A DNA stretch of 64,000 nt from Eledone cirrhosa (taxonomy: Eukaryota), in the NCBI GenBank assembly GCA_964016885.1, contig OZ024755.1, forward strand, positions 44,392,001-44,456,000, in the 5' to 3' direction. A program made the translations under genes and the position numbers. The notes under the pieces were generated by a model that worked only from the letters and a program-made list of their open reading frames with translations, ran no database searches and was not told where the DNA came from. Positions 47,501-61,700 of this stretch are shown here, piece by piece (the first letter of the stretch is position 1; each line of letters starts with the position of its first letter).

Positions 47501-50500
47501 ATACCACAGTTGACAGTACCAACATATACTGTGTACCACTGTTGACAGTACCAACATATACCGTGTACCACAGTTGACAGTACCAACATATACTGTGTAC
47601 CACAGCTGACAGTACCAACGTATACTGTGCACCACAGTTGACAGTACCAACATATACTGTGTACCACAGTTGACAATACCAACATATACTGTGTACCACA
47701 GTTGACAATACCAACACATATAGTGTACCACAGTTGACAGTACCAACGTATACTGTGTACCACAGTTGCGAATGCCAACATATACTGTGTACCACAGTTG
47801 AGAGTACAAACATGTACCGTGTACCACAGTTGACACTACCAACGTATACTGTGTACCACAGTTGCCAATGCCAACATATACTGTGTACCACAGTTGAGAA
47901 TACCAACATATACTGTGTACCACAGTTGACAGTACCAACGTATACTGTGTACCACAGTTGACAATACCAACATATACTGTGTACCACAGTTGACAGTACC
48001 AACATATACTGTGTACCCTAGTTGACATTACCAACGTATATTGTGTACCACAGTTGACAGTACCAACATGTACTGTGTACCACAGTTGACAGTACCAACG
48101 TATACTGTGTACCACAGTTGACAGTACCAACGTATACTGTGTACCACAGTTGACAGTACCAACATTTAACGTGTACCACAGTTGGCAGTACCATCATATA
48201 CTGTGTACCACAGTTGACAGTACCAACATATATTGTGTACCACAGTTGACAGTACCAACATATACTGTGTACCATAGTTGACAGTACCAACGTATATTGT
48301 GTACCACAGTTGACAGTACCAACATACACCGTGTACAACAGTTGCAGGACCAACATATACTGTGTACCACAGTTGCGAGTACCAACATAAACTGTGTACC
48401 ACAGTTGACAGTACCAACATATACTGTGTACCACAGTTGACAGTACCAACATATACTGTATACCACAGTTGACAGTACCAACATATACTGTGTACCACAG
48501 TTGACAGTACCAACATATACTGTGTACCACAGTTGACAGTACCAACATATACTGTGTACCACAGTTGACAGTACTAACATATACTGTGTACTACAGTTGA
48601 CAGTACCAACATATACTGTGTACCACAGTTGACAGTACCAACATGTACTGTGTACCACAGTTGACAGTACCAACATATACAGTGTACCACAGTTGGCAGT
48701 ACCAACATATACAGTGTACCACAGTTGACAGTACCAACATATACTGTGTACCACATTTGACAGTACCAACATATACTGTGTACCACAGTTGACAGTACCA
48801 ACATGTACCGTGAACCACATTTGACAGTACCAACATATACTGTGTACCACAGTTGAGAGTACCAACGTATAGTGTGTACCACAGTTGACAGTACAATCAT
48901 ATACTGTGTACCACAGTTGACAGTACCAACATATATTGTGTACCACAGTTGACAGTACCAACATATACTGTGTACCATAGTTGACATTACCAACGTATAT
49001 TGTGTACCACAGTTGACAATACCAACACATATAGTGTACCACAGTTGACAGTACCAACGTATATTGTGTACCACAGTTGCCAATGCCAACATATACTGTG
49101 TACCACAGTTGAGAGTACCAACATGTACCGTGTACCACAGTTGACAGTACCAACGTATACTGTGTACCAGAGTTGACAATACCAACATATACTGTGTACC
49201 ACAGTTGACAGTACCAACATATACTGTGTACCACAGTTGAAAGTACCAACGTATACTGTGTACCACAGTTGACAACACCAACATATACTGTGTACCACAG
49301 TTGACAGTACCAACATATACTGTATACCACAGTTGACAGTACCAACATATACTGTGTACCACAGTTGACAGTACCAACATATACTGTATACCACAGTTGA
49401 CAGTACCAACATATACTGTGTACCACAGTTGCGAGTACCAACATAAACTGTGTACCACAGTTGACAGTACCAACATATACTGTGTACCACAGCTGACACT
49501 ACCAACATATACTTGTACCTCAGTTGACAGTACTACCATATATTGTGTACCACCGTTGACAATACCAACGTATACTGTGTACCACAGTTGACAGTACCAA
49601 CGTATACTGTGCACCACAGTTGACAGTACCAACATATACTGTGTACCACAGTTGACAATACCAACATATACTGTGTACCACAGTTGACAATACCAACACA
49701 TATAGTGTACCACAGTTGACAGTACCAACGTATACTGTGTACCACAGTTGCCAATGCCAACATATACTGTGTACCACAGTTGAGAGTACCAACATATACT
49801 GTGTACCACATTTGACAGTACCAACATATACTGTGTACCACAGTTGACAATACCAACATATACTGTGTACCACAGTTGACAGTACCAACATATACTGTGT
49901 ACCCTAGTTGACATTACCAACGTATATTGTGTACCACAGTTGACAGTACCAACATGTACTGTGTACCACAGTTGACAGTACCAACGTATACTGTGTACCA
50001 CAGTTGACAGTACCAACGTATACTGTGTACCACAGTTGACAGTACCAACATATAACGTGTACCACAGTTGGCAGTACCATCATATACTGTGTACCACAGT
50101 TGACAGTACCAACATATATTGTGTACCACAGTTGACAGTACCAACATATACTGTGTACCATAGTTGACATTACCAACGTATATTGTGTACCACAGTTGAC
50201 AGTACCAACATACACCGTGTACAACAGTTGCAGGACCAACATATACTGTGTACCACAGTTGCGAGTACCAACATAAACTGTGTACCACAGTTGACAGTAC
50301 CAACATATACTGTGTACCACAGTTGACAGTACCAACATATACTGTATACCACAGTTGACAGTACCAACATATACTGTGTACCACAGTTGACAGTACCAAC
50401 ATATACTGTGTACCAGAGTTGACAGTACCAACATATACTGTGTACCACAGTTGACAGTACTAACATATACTGTGTACTACAGTTGACAGTACCAACATAT

Positions 50501-53500
50501 ACTGTGTACCACAGTTGACAGTACCAACATGTACTGTGTACCACAGTTGACAGTACCAACATATACTGTGTACCACAGTTGGCAGTACCAACATATACAG
50601 TGTACCACAGTTGACAGTACCAACATATACTGTGTACCACATTTGACAGTACCAACATATACTGTGTACCACAGTTGACAGTACCAACATGTACCGTGAA
50701 CCACATTTGACAGTACCAACATATACTGTGTACCACAGTTGAGAGTACCAACGTATAGTATGTACCACAGTTGACAGTACCATCATATACTGTGTACCAC
50801 AGTTGACAGTACCAACATATATTGTGTACCACAGTTGACAGTACCAACATATACTGTGTACCATAGTTGACATTACCAACGTATATTGTGTACCACAGTT
50901 GACAATACCAACACATATAGTGTACCACAGTTGACAGTACCAACGTATATTGTGTACCACAGTTGCCAATGCCAACATATACTGTGTACCACAGTTGAGA
51001 GTACCAACATGTACCGTGTACCACAGTTGACAGTACCAACGTATACTGTGTACCACAGTTGACAATACCAACATATACTGTGTACCACAGTTGACAGTAC
51101 CAACATATACTGTGTACCACAGTTGAAAGTACCAACGTATACTGTGTACCACAGTTGACAACACCAACATATACTGTGTACCACAGTTGACAGTACCAAC
51201 ATATACTGTATACCACAGTTGACAGTACCAACATATACTGTGTACCACAGTTGACAGTACCAACATATACTGTATACCACAGTTGACAGTACCAACATAT
51301 ACTGTGTACCACTGTTGACAGTACCAACATATACCGTGTACCACAGTTGACAGTACCAACATATACTGTGTACCACAGCTGACAGTACCAACGTATACTG
51401 TGCACCACAGTTGACAGTACCAACATATACTGTGTACCACAGTTGACAATACCAACATATACTGTGTACCACAGTTGACAATACCAACACATATAGTGTA
51501 CCACAGTTGACAGTACCAACGTATACTGTGTACCACAGTTGCGAATGCCAACATATACTGTGTACCACAGTTGAGAGTACAAACATGTACCGTGTACCAC
51601 AGTTGACACTACCAACGTATACTGTGTACCACAGTTGCCAATGCCAACATATACTGTGTACCACAGTTGAGAATACCAACATATACTGTGTACCACAGTT
51701 GACAGTACCAACATATACTGTGTATCACAGTTGACAATACCAACATATACTGTGTACCACAGTTGACAGTACCAACATATACTGTGTACCCTAGTTGACA
51801 TTACCAACGTATATTGTGTACCACAGTTGACAGTACCAACATGTACTGTGTACCACAGTTGACAGTACCAACGTATACTGTGTACCACAGTTGACAGTAC
51901 CAACGTATACTGTGTACCACAGTTGACAGTACCAACATATAACGTGTACCACAGTTGGCAGTACCATCATATACTGTGTACCACAGTTGACAGTACCAAC
52001 ATATATTGTGTACCACAGTTGACAGTACCAACATATACTGTGTACCATAGTTGACATTACCAACGTATATTGTGTACCACAGTTGACAGTACCAACATAC
52101 ACCGTGTACAACAGTTGCAGGACCAACATATACTGCGTACCACAGTTGCGAGTACCAACATAAACTGTGTACCACAGTTGACAGTACCAACATATACTGT
52201 GTACCACAGTTGACAGTACCAACATATACTGTATACCACAGTTGACAGTACCAACATATACTGTGTACCACAGTTGACAGTACCAACATATACTGTGTAC
52301 CACAGTTGACAGTACCAACATATACTGTGTACCACAGTTGACAGTACTAACATATACTGTGTACTACAGTTGACAGTACCAACATATACTGTGTACCACA
52401 GCTGACACTACCAACATATACTTGTACCTCAGTTGACAGTACTACCATATATTGTGTACCACCGTTGACAATACCAACGTATACTGTGTACCACAGTTGA
52501 CAGTACCAACGTATACTGTGCACCACAGTTTACAGTACCAAAATATACTGTGTACCACAGTTGACAATACCAACATATACTGTGTACCACAGTTGACAAT
52601 ACCAACACATATAGTGTACCACAGTTGACAGTACCAACGTATACTGTGTACCACAGTTGCCAATGCCAACATATACTGTGTACCACAGTTGAGAGTACCA
52701 ACATATACTGTGTACCACAGTTGACAGTACCAACATATACAGTGTACCACAGTTGACAGTACCAACATATACTGTGTACCACAGTTGACAGTACCAATGT
52801 ATACTGTGTACCACAGTTGACAGTACCAACATATACTGTGTACCACAGTTGACAGTACCAACATATACTGTGTACCATGGTTGACATTACCAACTATATT
52901 GTGTTCCACAGTTGACAGTACCAACATGTACTGTGTACCACAGTTGACAGTACCAACGTATACTGTGTACCACAGTTGACAGTACCAACGTATACTGTGT
53001 ACCACAGTTGACAGTACCAACATATAACGTGTACCACAGTTGGCAGTACCATCATATACTGTGTACCACAGTTGACAGTACCAACATATATTGTGTACCA
53101 CAGTTGACAGTACCAACATATACTGTGTACCATAGTTGACATTACCAACGTATATTGTGTACCACAGTTGACAATACCAACACATATAGTGTACCACAGT
53201 TGACAGTACCAACGTATATTGTGTACCACAGTTGCCAATGCCAACATATACTGTGTACCACAGTTGAGAGTACCAACATGTACCGTGTACCACAGTTGAC
53301 AGTACCAACGTATACTGTGTACCACAGTTGACAATACCAACATATACTGTGTACCACAGTTGACAGTACCAACATATACTGTGTACCACAGTTGAAAGTA
53401 CCAACGTATACTGTGTACCACAGTTGACAACACCAACATATACTGTGTACCACAGTTGACAGTACCAACATATACTGTATACCACAGTTGACAGTACCAA

Positions 53501-56500
53501 CATATACTGTGTACCACAGTTGACAGTACCAACATATACTGTATACCACAGTTGACAGTACCAACATATACTGTGTACCACTGTTGACAGTACCAACATA
53601 TACCGTGTACCACAGTTGACAGTACCAACATATACTGTGTACCACAGCTGACACTACCAACATATACTTGTACCTCAGTTGACAGTACTACCATATATTG
53701 TGTACCACCGTTGACAATACCAACGTATACTGTGTACCACAGTTGACAGTACCAACGTATACGGTGCACCACAGTTGACAGTATCAACATATACTGTGTA
53801 CCACAGTTGACAATACCAACATATACTGTGTACCACAGTCGACAATACCAACACATATAGTGTACCACAGTTGACAGTACCAACGTATACTGTGTACCAC
53901 AGTTGCCAATGCCAACATATACTGTGTACCACAGTTGAGAGTACCAACATATACTGTGTACCACAGTTGACAGTACCAACATATACTGTGTACCACAGTT
54001 GACAATACCAACATATACTGTGTACCACAGTTGACAGTACCAACATATACTGTGTACCCTAGTTGACATTACCAACGTATATTGTGTACCACAGTTGACA
54101 GTACCAACATGTACTGTGTACCACAGTTGACAGTACCAACGTATACTGTGTACCACAGTTGACAGTACCAACGTATACTGTGTACCACAGTTGACAGTAC
54201 CAACATATAACGTGTACCACAGTTGGCAGTACCATCATATACTGTGTACCACAGTTGACAGTACCAACATATATTGTGTACCACAGTTGACAGTACCAAC
54301 ATATACTGTGTACCATAGTTGACATTACCAACGTATATTGTGTACCACAGTTGACAGTACCAACATACACCGTGTACAACAGTTGCAGGACCAACATATA
54401 CTGTGTACCACAGTTGCGAGTACCAACATAAACTGTGTACCACAGTTGACAGTACCAACATATACTGTGTACCACAGTTGACAGTACCAACATATACTGT
54501 ATACCACAGTTGACAGTACCAACATATACTGTGTACCACAGTTGACAGTACCAACATATACTGTGTACCACAGTTGACAGTACCAACATATACTGTGTAC
54601 CACAGTTGACAGTACTAACATATACTGTGTACTACAGTTGACAGTACCAACATATACTGTGTACCACAGTTGACAGTACCAACATGTACTGTGTACCACA
54701 GTTGACAGTACCAACATATACTGTGTACCACAGTTGGCAGTACCAACATATACAGTGTACCACAGTTGACAGTACCAACATATACTGTGTACCACATTTG
54801 ACAGTACCAACATATACTGTGTACCACAGTTGACAGTACCAACATGTACCGTGAACCACATTTGACAGTACCAACATATACTGTGTACCACAGTTGAGAG
54901 TACCAACGTATAGTGTGTACCACAGTTGACAGTACCATCATATACTGTGTACCACAGTTGACAGTACCAACATATATTGTGTACCACAGTTGACAGTACC
55001 AACATATACTGTGTACCATAGTTGACATTACCAACGTATATTTTGTACCACAGTTGACAATACCAACACATATAGTGTACCACAGTTGACAGTACCAACG
55101 TATATTGTGTACCACAGTTGCCAATGCCAACATATACTGTGTACCACAGTTGAGAGTACCAACATGTACCGTGTACCACAGTTGACAGTACCAACGTATA
55201 CTGTGTACCACAGTTGACAATACCAACATATACTGTGTACCACAGTTGACAGTACCAACATATACTGTGTACCACAGTTGAAAGTACCAACGTATACTGT
55301 GTACCACAGTTGACAACACCAACATATACTGTGTACCACAGTTGACAGTACCAACATATACTGTATACCACAGTTGACAGTACCAACATATACTGTGTAC
55401 CACAGTTGACAGTACCAACATATACTGTATACCACAGTTGACAGTACCAACATATACTGTGTACCACTGTTGACAGTACCAACATATACCGTGTACCACA
55501 GTTGACAGTACCAACATATACTGTGTACCACAGCTGACAGTACCAACGTATACTGTGCACCACAGTTGACAGTACCAACATATACTGTGTACCACAGTTG
55601 ACAATACCAACATATACTGTGTACCACAGTTGACAATACCAACACATATAGTGTACCACAGTTGACAGTACCAACGTATACTGTGTACCACAGTTGCGAA
55701 TGCCAACATATACTGTGTACCACAGTTGAGAGTACAAACATGTACCGTGTACCACAGTTGACACTACCAACGTATACTGTGTACCACAGTTGCCAATGCC
55801 AACATATACTGTGTACCACAGTTGAGAATACCAACATATACTGTGTACCACAGTTGACAGTACCAACGTATACTGTGTACCACAGTTGACAATACCAACA
55901 TATACTGTGTACCACAGTTGACAGTACCAACATATACTGTGTACCCTAGTTGACATTACCAACGTATATTGTGTACCACAGTTGACAGTACCAACATGTA
56001 CTGTGTACCACAGTTGACAGTACCAACGTATACTGTGTACCACAGTTGACAGTACCAACGTATACTGTGTACCACAGTTGACAGTACCAACATATAACGT
56101 GTACCACAGTTGGCAGTACCATCATATACTGTGTACCACAGTTGACAGTACCAACATATATTGTGTACCACAGTTGACAGTACCAACATATACTGTGTAC
56201 CATAGTTGACATTACCAACGTATATTGTGTACCACAGTTGACAGTACCAACATACACCGTGTACAACAGTTGCAGGACCAACATATACTGTGTACCACAG
56301 TTGCGAGTACCAACATAAACTGTGTACCACAGTTGACAGTACCAACATATACTGTGTACCACAGTTGACAGTACCAACATATACTGTATACCACAGTTGA
56401 CAGTACCAACATATACTGTGTACCACAGTTGACAGTACCAACATATACTGTGTACCACAGTTGACAGTACCAACATATACTGTGTACCACAGTTGACAGT

Positions 56501-58700
56501 ACTAACATATACTGTGTACTACAGTTGACAGTACCAACATATACTGTGTACCACAGTTGACAGTACCAACATGTACTGTGTACCACAGTTGACAGTACCA
56601 ACATATACAGTGTACCACAGTTGGCAGTACCAACATATACAGTGTACCACAGTTGACAGTACCAACATATACTGTGTACCACATTTGACAGTACCAACAT
56701 ATACTGTGTACCACAGTTGACAGTACCAACATGTACCGTGAACCACATTTGACAGTACCAACATATACTGTGTACCACAGTTGAGAGTACCAACGTATAG
56801 TGTGTACCACAGTTGACAGTACAATCATATACTGTGTACCACAGTTGACAGTACCAACATATATTGTGTACCACAGTTGACAGTACCAACATATACTGTG
56901 TACCATAGTTGACATTACCAACGTATATTGTGTACCACAGTTGACAATACCAACACATATAGTGTACCACAGTTGACAGTACCAACGTATATTGTGTACC
57001 ACAGTTGCCAATGCCAACATATACTGTGTACCACAGTTGAGAGTACCAACATGTACCGTGTACCACAGTTGACAGTACCAACGTATACTGTGTACCAGAG
57101 TTGACAATACCAACATATACTGTGTACCACAGTTGACAGTACCAACATATACTGTGTACCACAGTTGAAAGTACCAACGTATACTGTGTACCACAGTTGA
57201 CAACACCAACATATACTGTGTACCACAGTTGACAGTACCAACATATACTGTATACCACAGTTGACAGTACCAACATATACTGTGTACCACAGTTGACAGT
57301 ACCAACATATACTGTATACCACAGTTGACAGTACCAACATATACTGTGTACCACTGTTGACAGTACCAACATATACCGTGTACCACAGTTGACAGTACCA
57401 ACATATACTGTGTACCACAGCTGACACTACCAACATATACTTGTACCTCAGTTGACAGTACTACCATATATTGTGTACCACCGTTGACAATACCAACGTA
57501 TACTGTGTACCACAGTTGACAGTACCAACGTATACTGTGCACCACAGTTGACAGTACCAACATATACTGTGTACCACAGTTGACAATACCAACATATACT
57601 GTGTACCACAGTTGACAATACCAACACATATAGTGTACCACATTTGACAGTACCAACGTATACTGTGTACCACAGTTGCCAATGCCAACATATACTGTGT
57701 ACCACAGTTGAGAGTACCAACATATACTGTGTACCACAGTTGACAGTACCAACATATACTGTGTACCGCAGTTGACAATACCAACATATACTGTGTACCA
57801 CAGTTGACAGTACCAACATATACTGTGTACCCTAGTTGACATTACCAACGTATATTGTGTACCACAGTTGACAGTACCAACATGTACTGTGTACCACAGT
57901 TGACAGTACCAACGTATACTGTGTACCACAGTTGACAGTACCAACGTATACTGTGTACCACAGTTGACAGTACCAACATATAACGTGTACCACAGTTGGC
58001 AGTACCATCATATACTGTGTACCACAGTTGACAGTACCAACATATATTGTGTACCACAGTTGACAGTACCAACATATACTGTGTACCATTGTTGACATTA
58101 CCAACGTATATTGTGTACCACAGTTGACAGTACCAACATACACCGTGTACAACAGTTGCAGGACCAACATATACTGTGTACCACAGTTGCGAGTACCAAC
58201 ATAAACTGTGTACCACAGTTGACAGTACCAACATATACTGTGTACCACAGTTGACAGTACCAACATATACTGTATACCACAGTTGACAGTACCAACATAT
58301 ACTGTGTACCACAGTTGACAGTACCAACATATACTGTGTACCACAGTTGTTAGTACCAACATATACTGTGTACCACAGTTGACAGTACTAACATATACTG
58401 TGTACTACAGTTGACAGTACCAACATATACTGTGTACCACAGTTGACAGTACCAACATGTACTGTGTACCACAGTTGACAGTACCAACATATACTGTGTA
58501 CCACAGTTGGCAGTACCAACATATACAGTGTACCACAGTTGACAGTACCAACATATACTGTGTACCACATTTGACAGTACCAACATATACTGTGTACCAC
58601 AGTTGACAGTACCAACATGTACCGTGAACCACATTTGACAGTACCAACATATACTGTGTACCACAGTTGAGAGTACCAACGTATAGTGTGTACCACAGTT
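41525..58700 (+). repeat. HOR-B: 7,928-bp (248-monomer) unit, ~2.2 tandem copies, built of 1,887+2,268+1,887+1,886-bp subunits
   Basis: ORF offsets of 7,928 (41976/49904/57832, 43863/51791, 44501/52429, 46131/54059, 48018/55946). 248x32-8=7,928 with eight 1-bp-deletion monomers counted. Subunits are marked by GTACCCTAGTTGACATTA and GTTGCAGGACC. Confidence 0.9.
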
Positions 58701-58749
58701 GACAGTACCAACATATACTGTGTACCACAGTTGACAGTACCAACATATA

Positions 58750-61700
58750 CTGTGTACCACAGTTCACAGTACCAAAGTATACAGTGTACCACATTTGACA
58801 GTACCAACGTATACTGTGTACCACAGTTGACAATACCAACATATACTGTGTACCACAGTTGACAGTACCAACATATACTGTGTACCACAGTTGACAGTAC
58901 CAACGTATACTGTGTACCACAGTTGACAGTACCAACGTATACTGGGTACCACATTTGACAGTACCAACATATACTGTGTACCACAGTTGACAGTACCAAC
59001 GTATACTGTGTACCACAATTGACGATACCAACATATACTGTGTACCACAGTTGACAGTACCAACATATACTGTATACCACAGTTGACAGTACCGACATAT
59101 ACTGTGTACCACAGTTGACAATACCAACATATACTTTGTACCACGGTTGACAGTACCAATGTATACTGTGTACCACAGTTGACAGTACCAACATATACTG
59201 TGTACCACAGTTGACAGTACCAACATATACTGTGTACCATAGTTGACATTACCAACGTATATTGTGTTCCACAGTTGACAGTACCAACATGTAGTGTGTA
59301 CCACATTTGACAGTACCAACGTATACTGTGTACCACAGTTGACAGTACCAACGTATACTGTGTACCACAGTTGACAGTACCAACATATAACGTGTACCAC
59401 AGTTGGCAGTACCATCATATACTGTGTACCACAGTTGACAGTACCAACATATATTGTGTACCACAGTTGACAGTACCAACATATACTGTGTACCATAGTT
59501 GACATTACCAACGTATATTGTGTACCACAGTTGACAGTACCAACATATGCTGTGTACCTCAGTTGACAGTACCAACATATACTGTATACCACAGTTGACA
59601 GTACCAACATATAATGTGTACCACTGTTGACAGTACCAATATATACCGTGTACCACAGTTGACAGTACCAACATATACTCTGTACCACAGCTGACACTAC
59701 CAACATATACTTGTACCTCAGTTGACAGTACTACCATATATTGTGTACCACCGTTGACAATACCAACGTATACTGTGTACCACAGTTGACAGTACCAACG
59801 TATACTGTGCACCACAGTTGACAGTACCGACATATACTGTGTACCACAGTTGACAATACCAACATATACTTTGTACCACGGTTGACAGTACCAACGTATA
59901 CTGTGTACCACTGTTGACAATATCAACATATACTGTGTACCACAGTTGACATTACCAACATATACAGTGTACCACAGTTGACAGTAGCAACATATACTGT
60001 GTACCACAGTTGACAGTACCAACATATACTGTGTACCACAGTTGACAGTACCAACATATACTGTGTACCATAGTTGATAGTACCAACGTATATTGTGTAC
60101 CACAGTTAAGAGTACCAACATACACCGTGTACGACAGTTGACAGTAAAAACATATACTGTGTACCACAGTTGAATGTACCAGAGTATAGTGTGTACCACA
60201 CTTGACAGTCCCAACATATTCTGTATACCACAGTTGACAGTACCAACATATACAGTGTACCACTGTTGACAGTACCAACATATACCGTGTACCACAGTTG
60301 ACAGTACCAACATATACTGTGTACCACAGTTGAGACTACCAACATATACTGGGTACGACTGTTGACAGTAACAACATATACTATGTACCACAGTTGACAG
60401 TACCAACATATACTGTGTACCACAGTTGACAGTACCAACCTATACTGTGTACCACAGTTGACGATACCAACATATACTGTGTACCACAGTTGACAGTACC
60501 AACATATACTGTATACCACAGTTGAAAGTACCGACATATACTGTGTACCACAGTTGACAATACCAACATATACTTTGTACCACGGTTGACAGTACCAACG
60601 TATACTGTGTACCACTGTTGACAATATCAACATATACTGTGTACCACAGTTGACATTACCAACATATACAGTGTACCACAGTTGACAGTAGCAACATATA
60701 CTGTGTACCACAGTTGACAGTACCAACATATACTGTGTACCACAGTTGACAGTACCAACATATACTGTGTACCATAGTTGATAGTACCAACGTATATTGT
60801 GTACCACAGTTGAGAGTACCAACATACACCGTGTACGACAGTTGACAGTAAAAACATATACTGTGTACCACAGTTGAGAGTACCAACATAAACTGTGTAC
60901 CACAGTTGACAGTACCAACATATACTGTGTACCACAGTTGACAGTACCAACATATACTGTGTACCACAGTTGACAGTACCAACATATACTGTGTACCACA
61001 GTTGACAGTACTAACATATACTGTGTACTACAGTTGACAGTACCAACATATATTGTGTACCACAGTTGACAGTACCAACATATACTGTGTACCACAGTTG
61101 GCAGTACCAACATATAATGTGTACCTCAGTTGACAGTACCAACATATACTGTGTACCACAGTTGACAGTTCCAACGTATACTGTGTACCACAGTTGACAG
61201 TACCAACGTATACTGTGTACCACAGTTGACAGTACCAATATATACTGTGTAACACAGTTGACAATACCAACATATAATGTGTACCACAGTTGACAGTACC
61301 AACGTATACTGTGAACCACTGTTGGCAATACCAACATATACTGTGTACTACAGTTGACAGAACCAACATATACAGTGTACCACAGTTGACAGTACCAACA
61401 TATACTGTGTACCACAGTTGACAGTACCAACATATACTGTGTACCACAGTTGACAGTACCAACATATACTGTGTACCACAGTTCACAGTACCAACGTATA
61501 CTGTGTACCACATTTGACATTACCAACATATACTGTGTACCACAGTTGACAGTACCAACATATACTGTGTACCACTTTTGACAGTACCAACATATACCGT
61601 GTATCACATTTGACAGTACCAACATATACTGTGTACCACTGTTGACAGTACCAACATATACTGTGTACCACAGTTGACAGTACCAACATGTACCGTGTAC

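Noticed and set aside
35666-55889. Short plus-strand ORFs (35666, 43579, 47734, 49397, 51507, 55662)
   Set aside because: They exist only where variants such as GTTGCG, GTTGCC or GTCGAC remove the monomer's TGA. They are still pure satellite.
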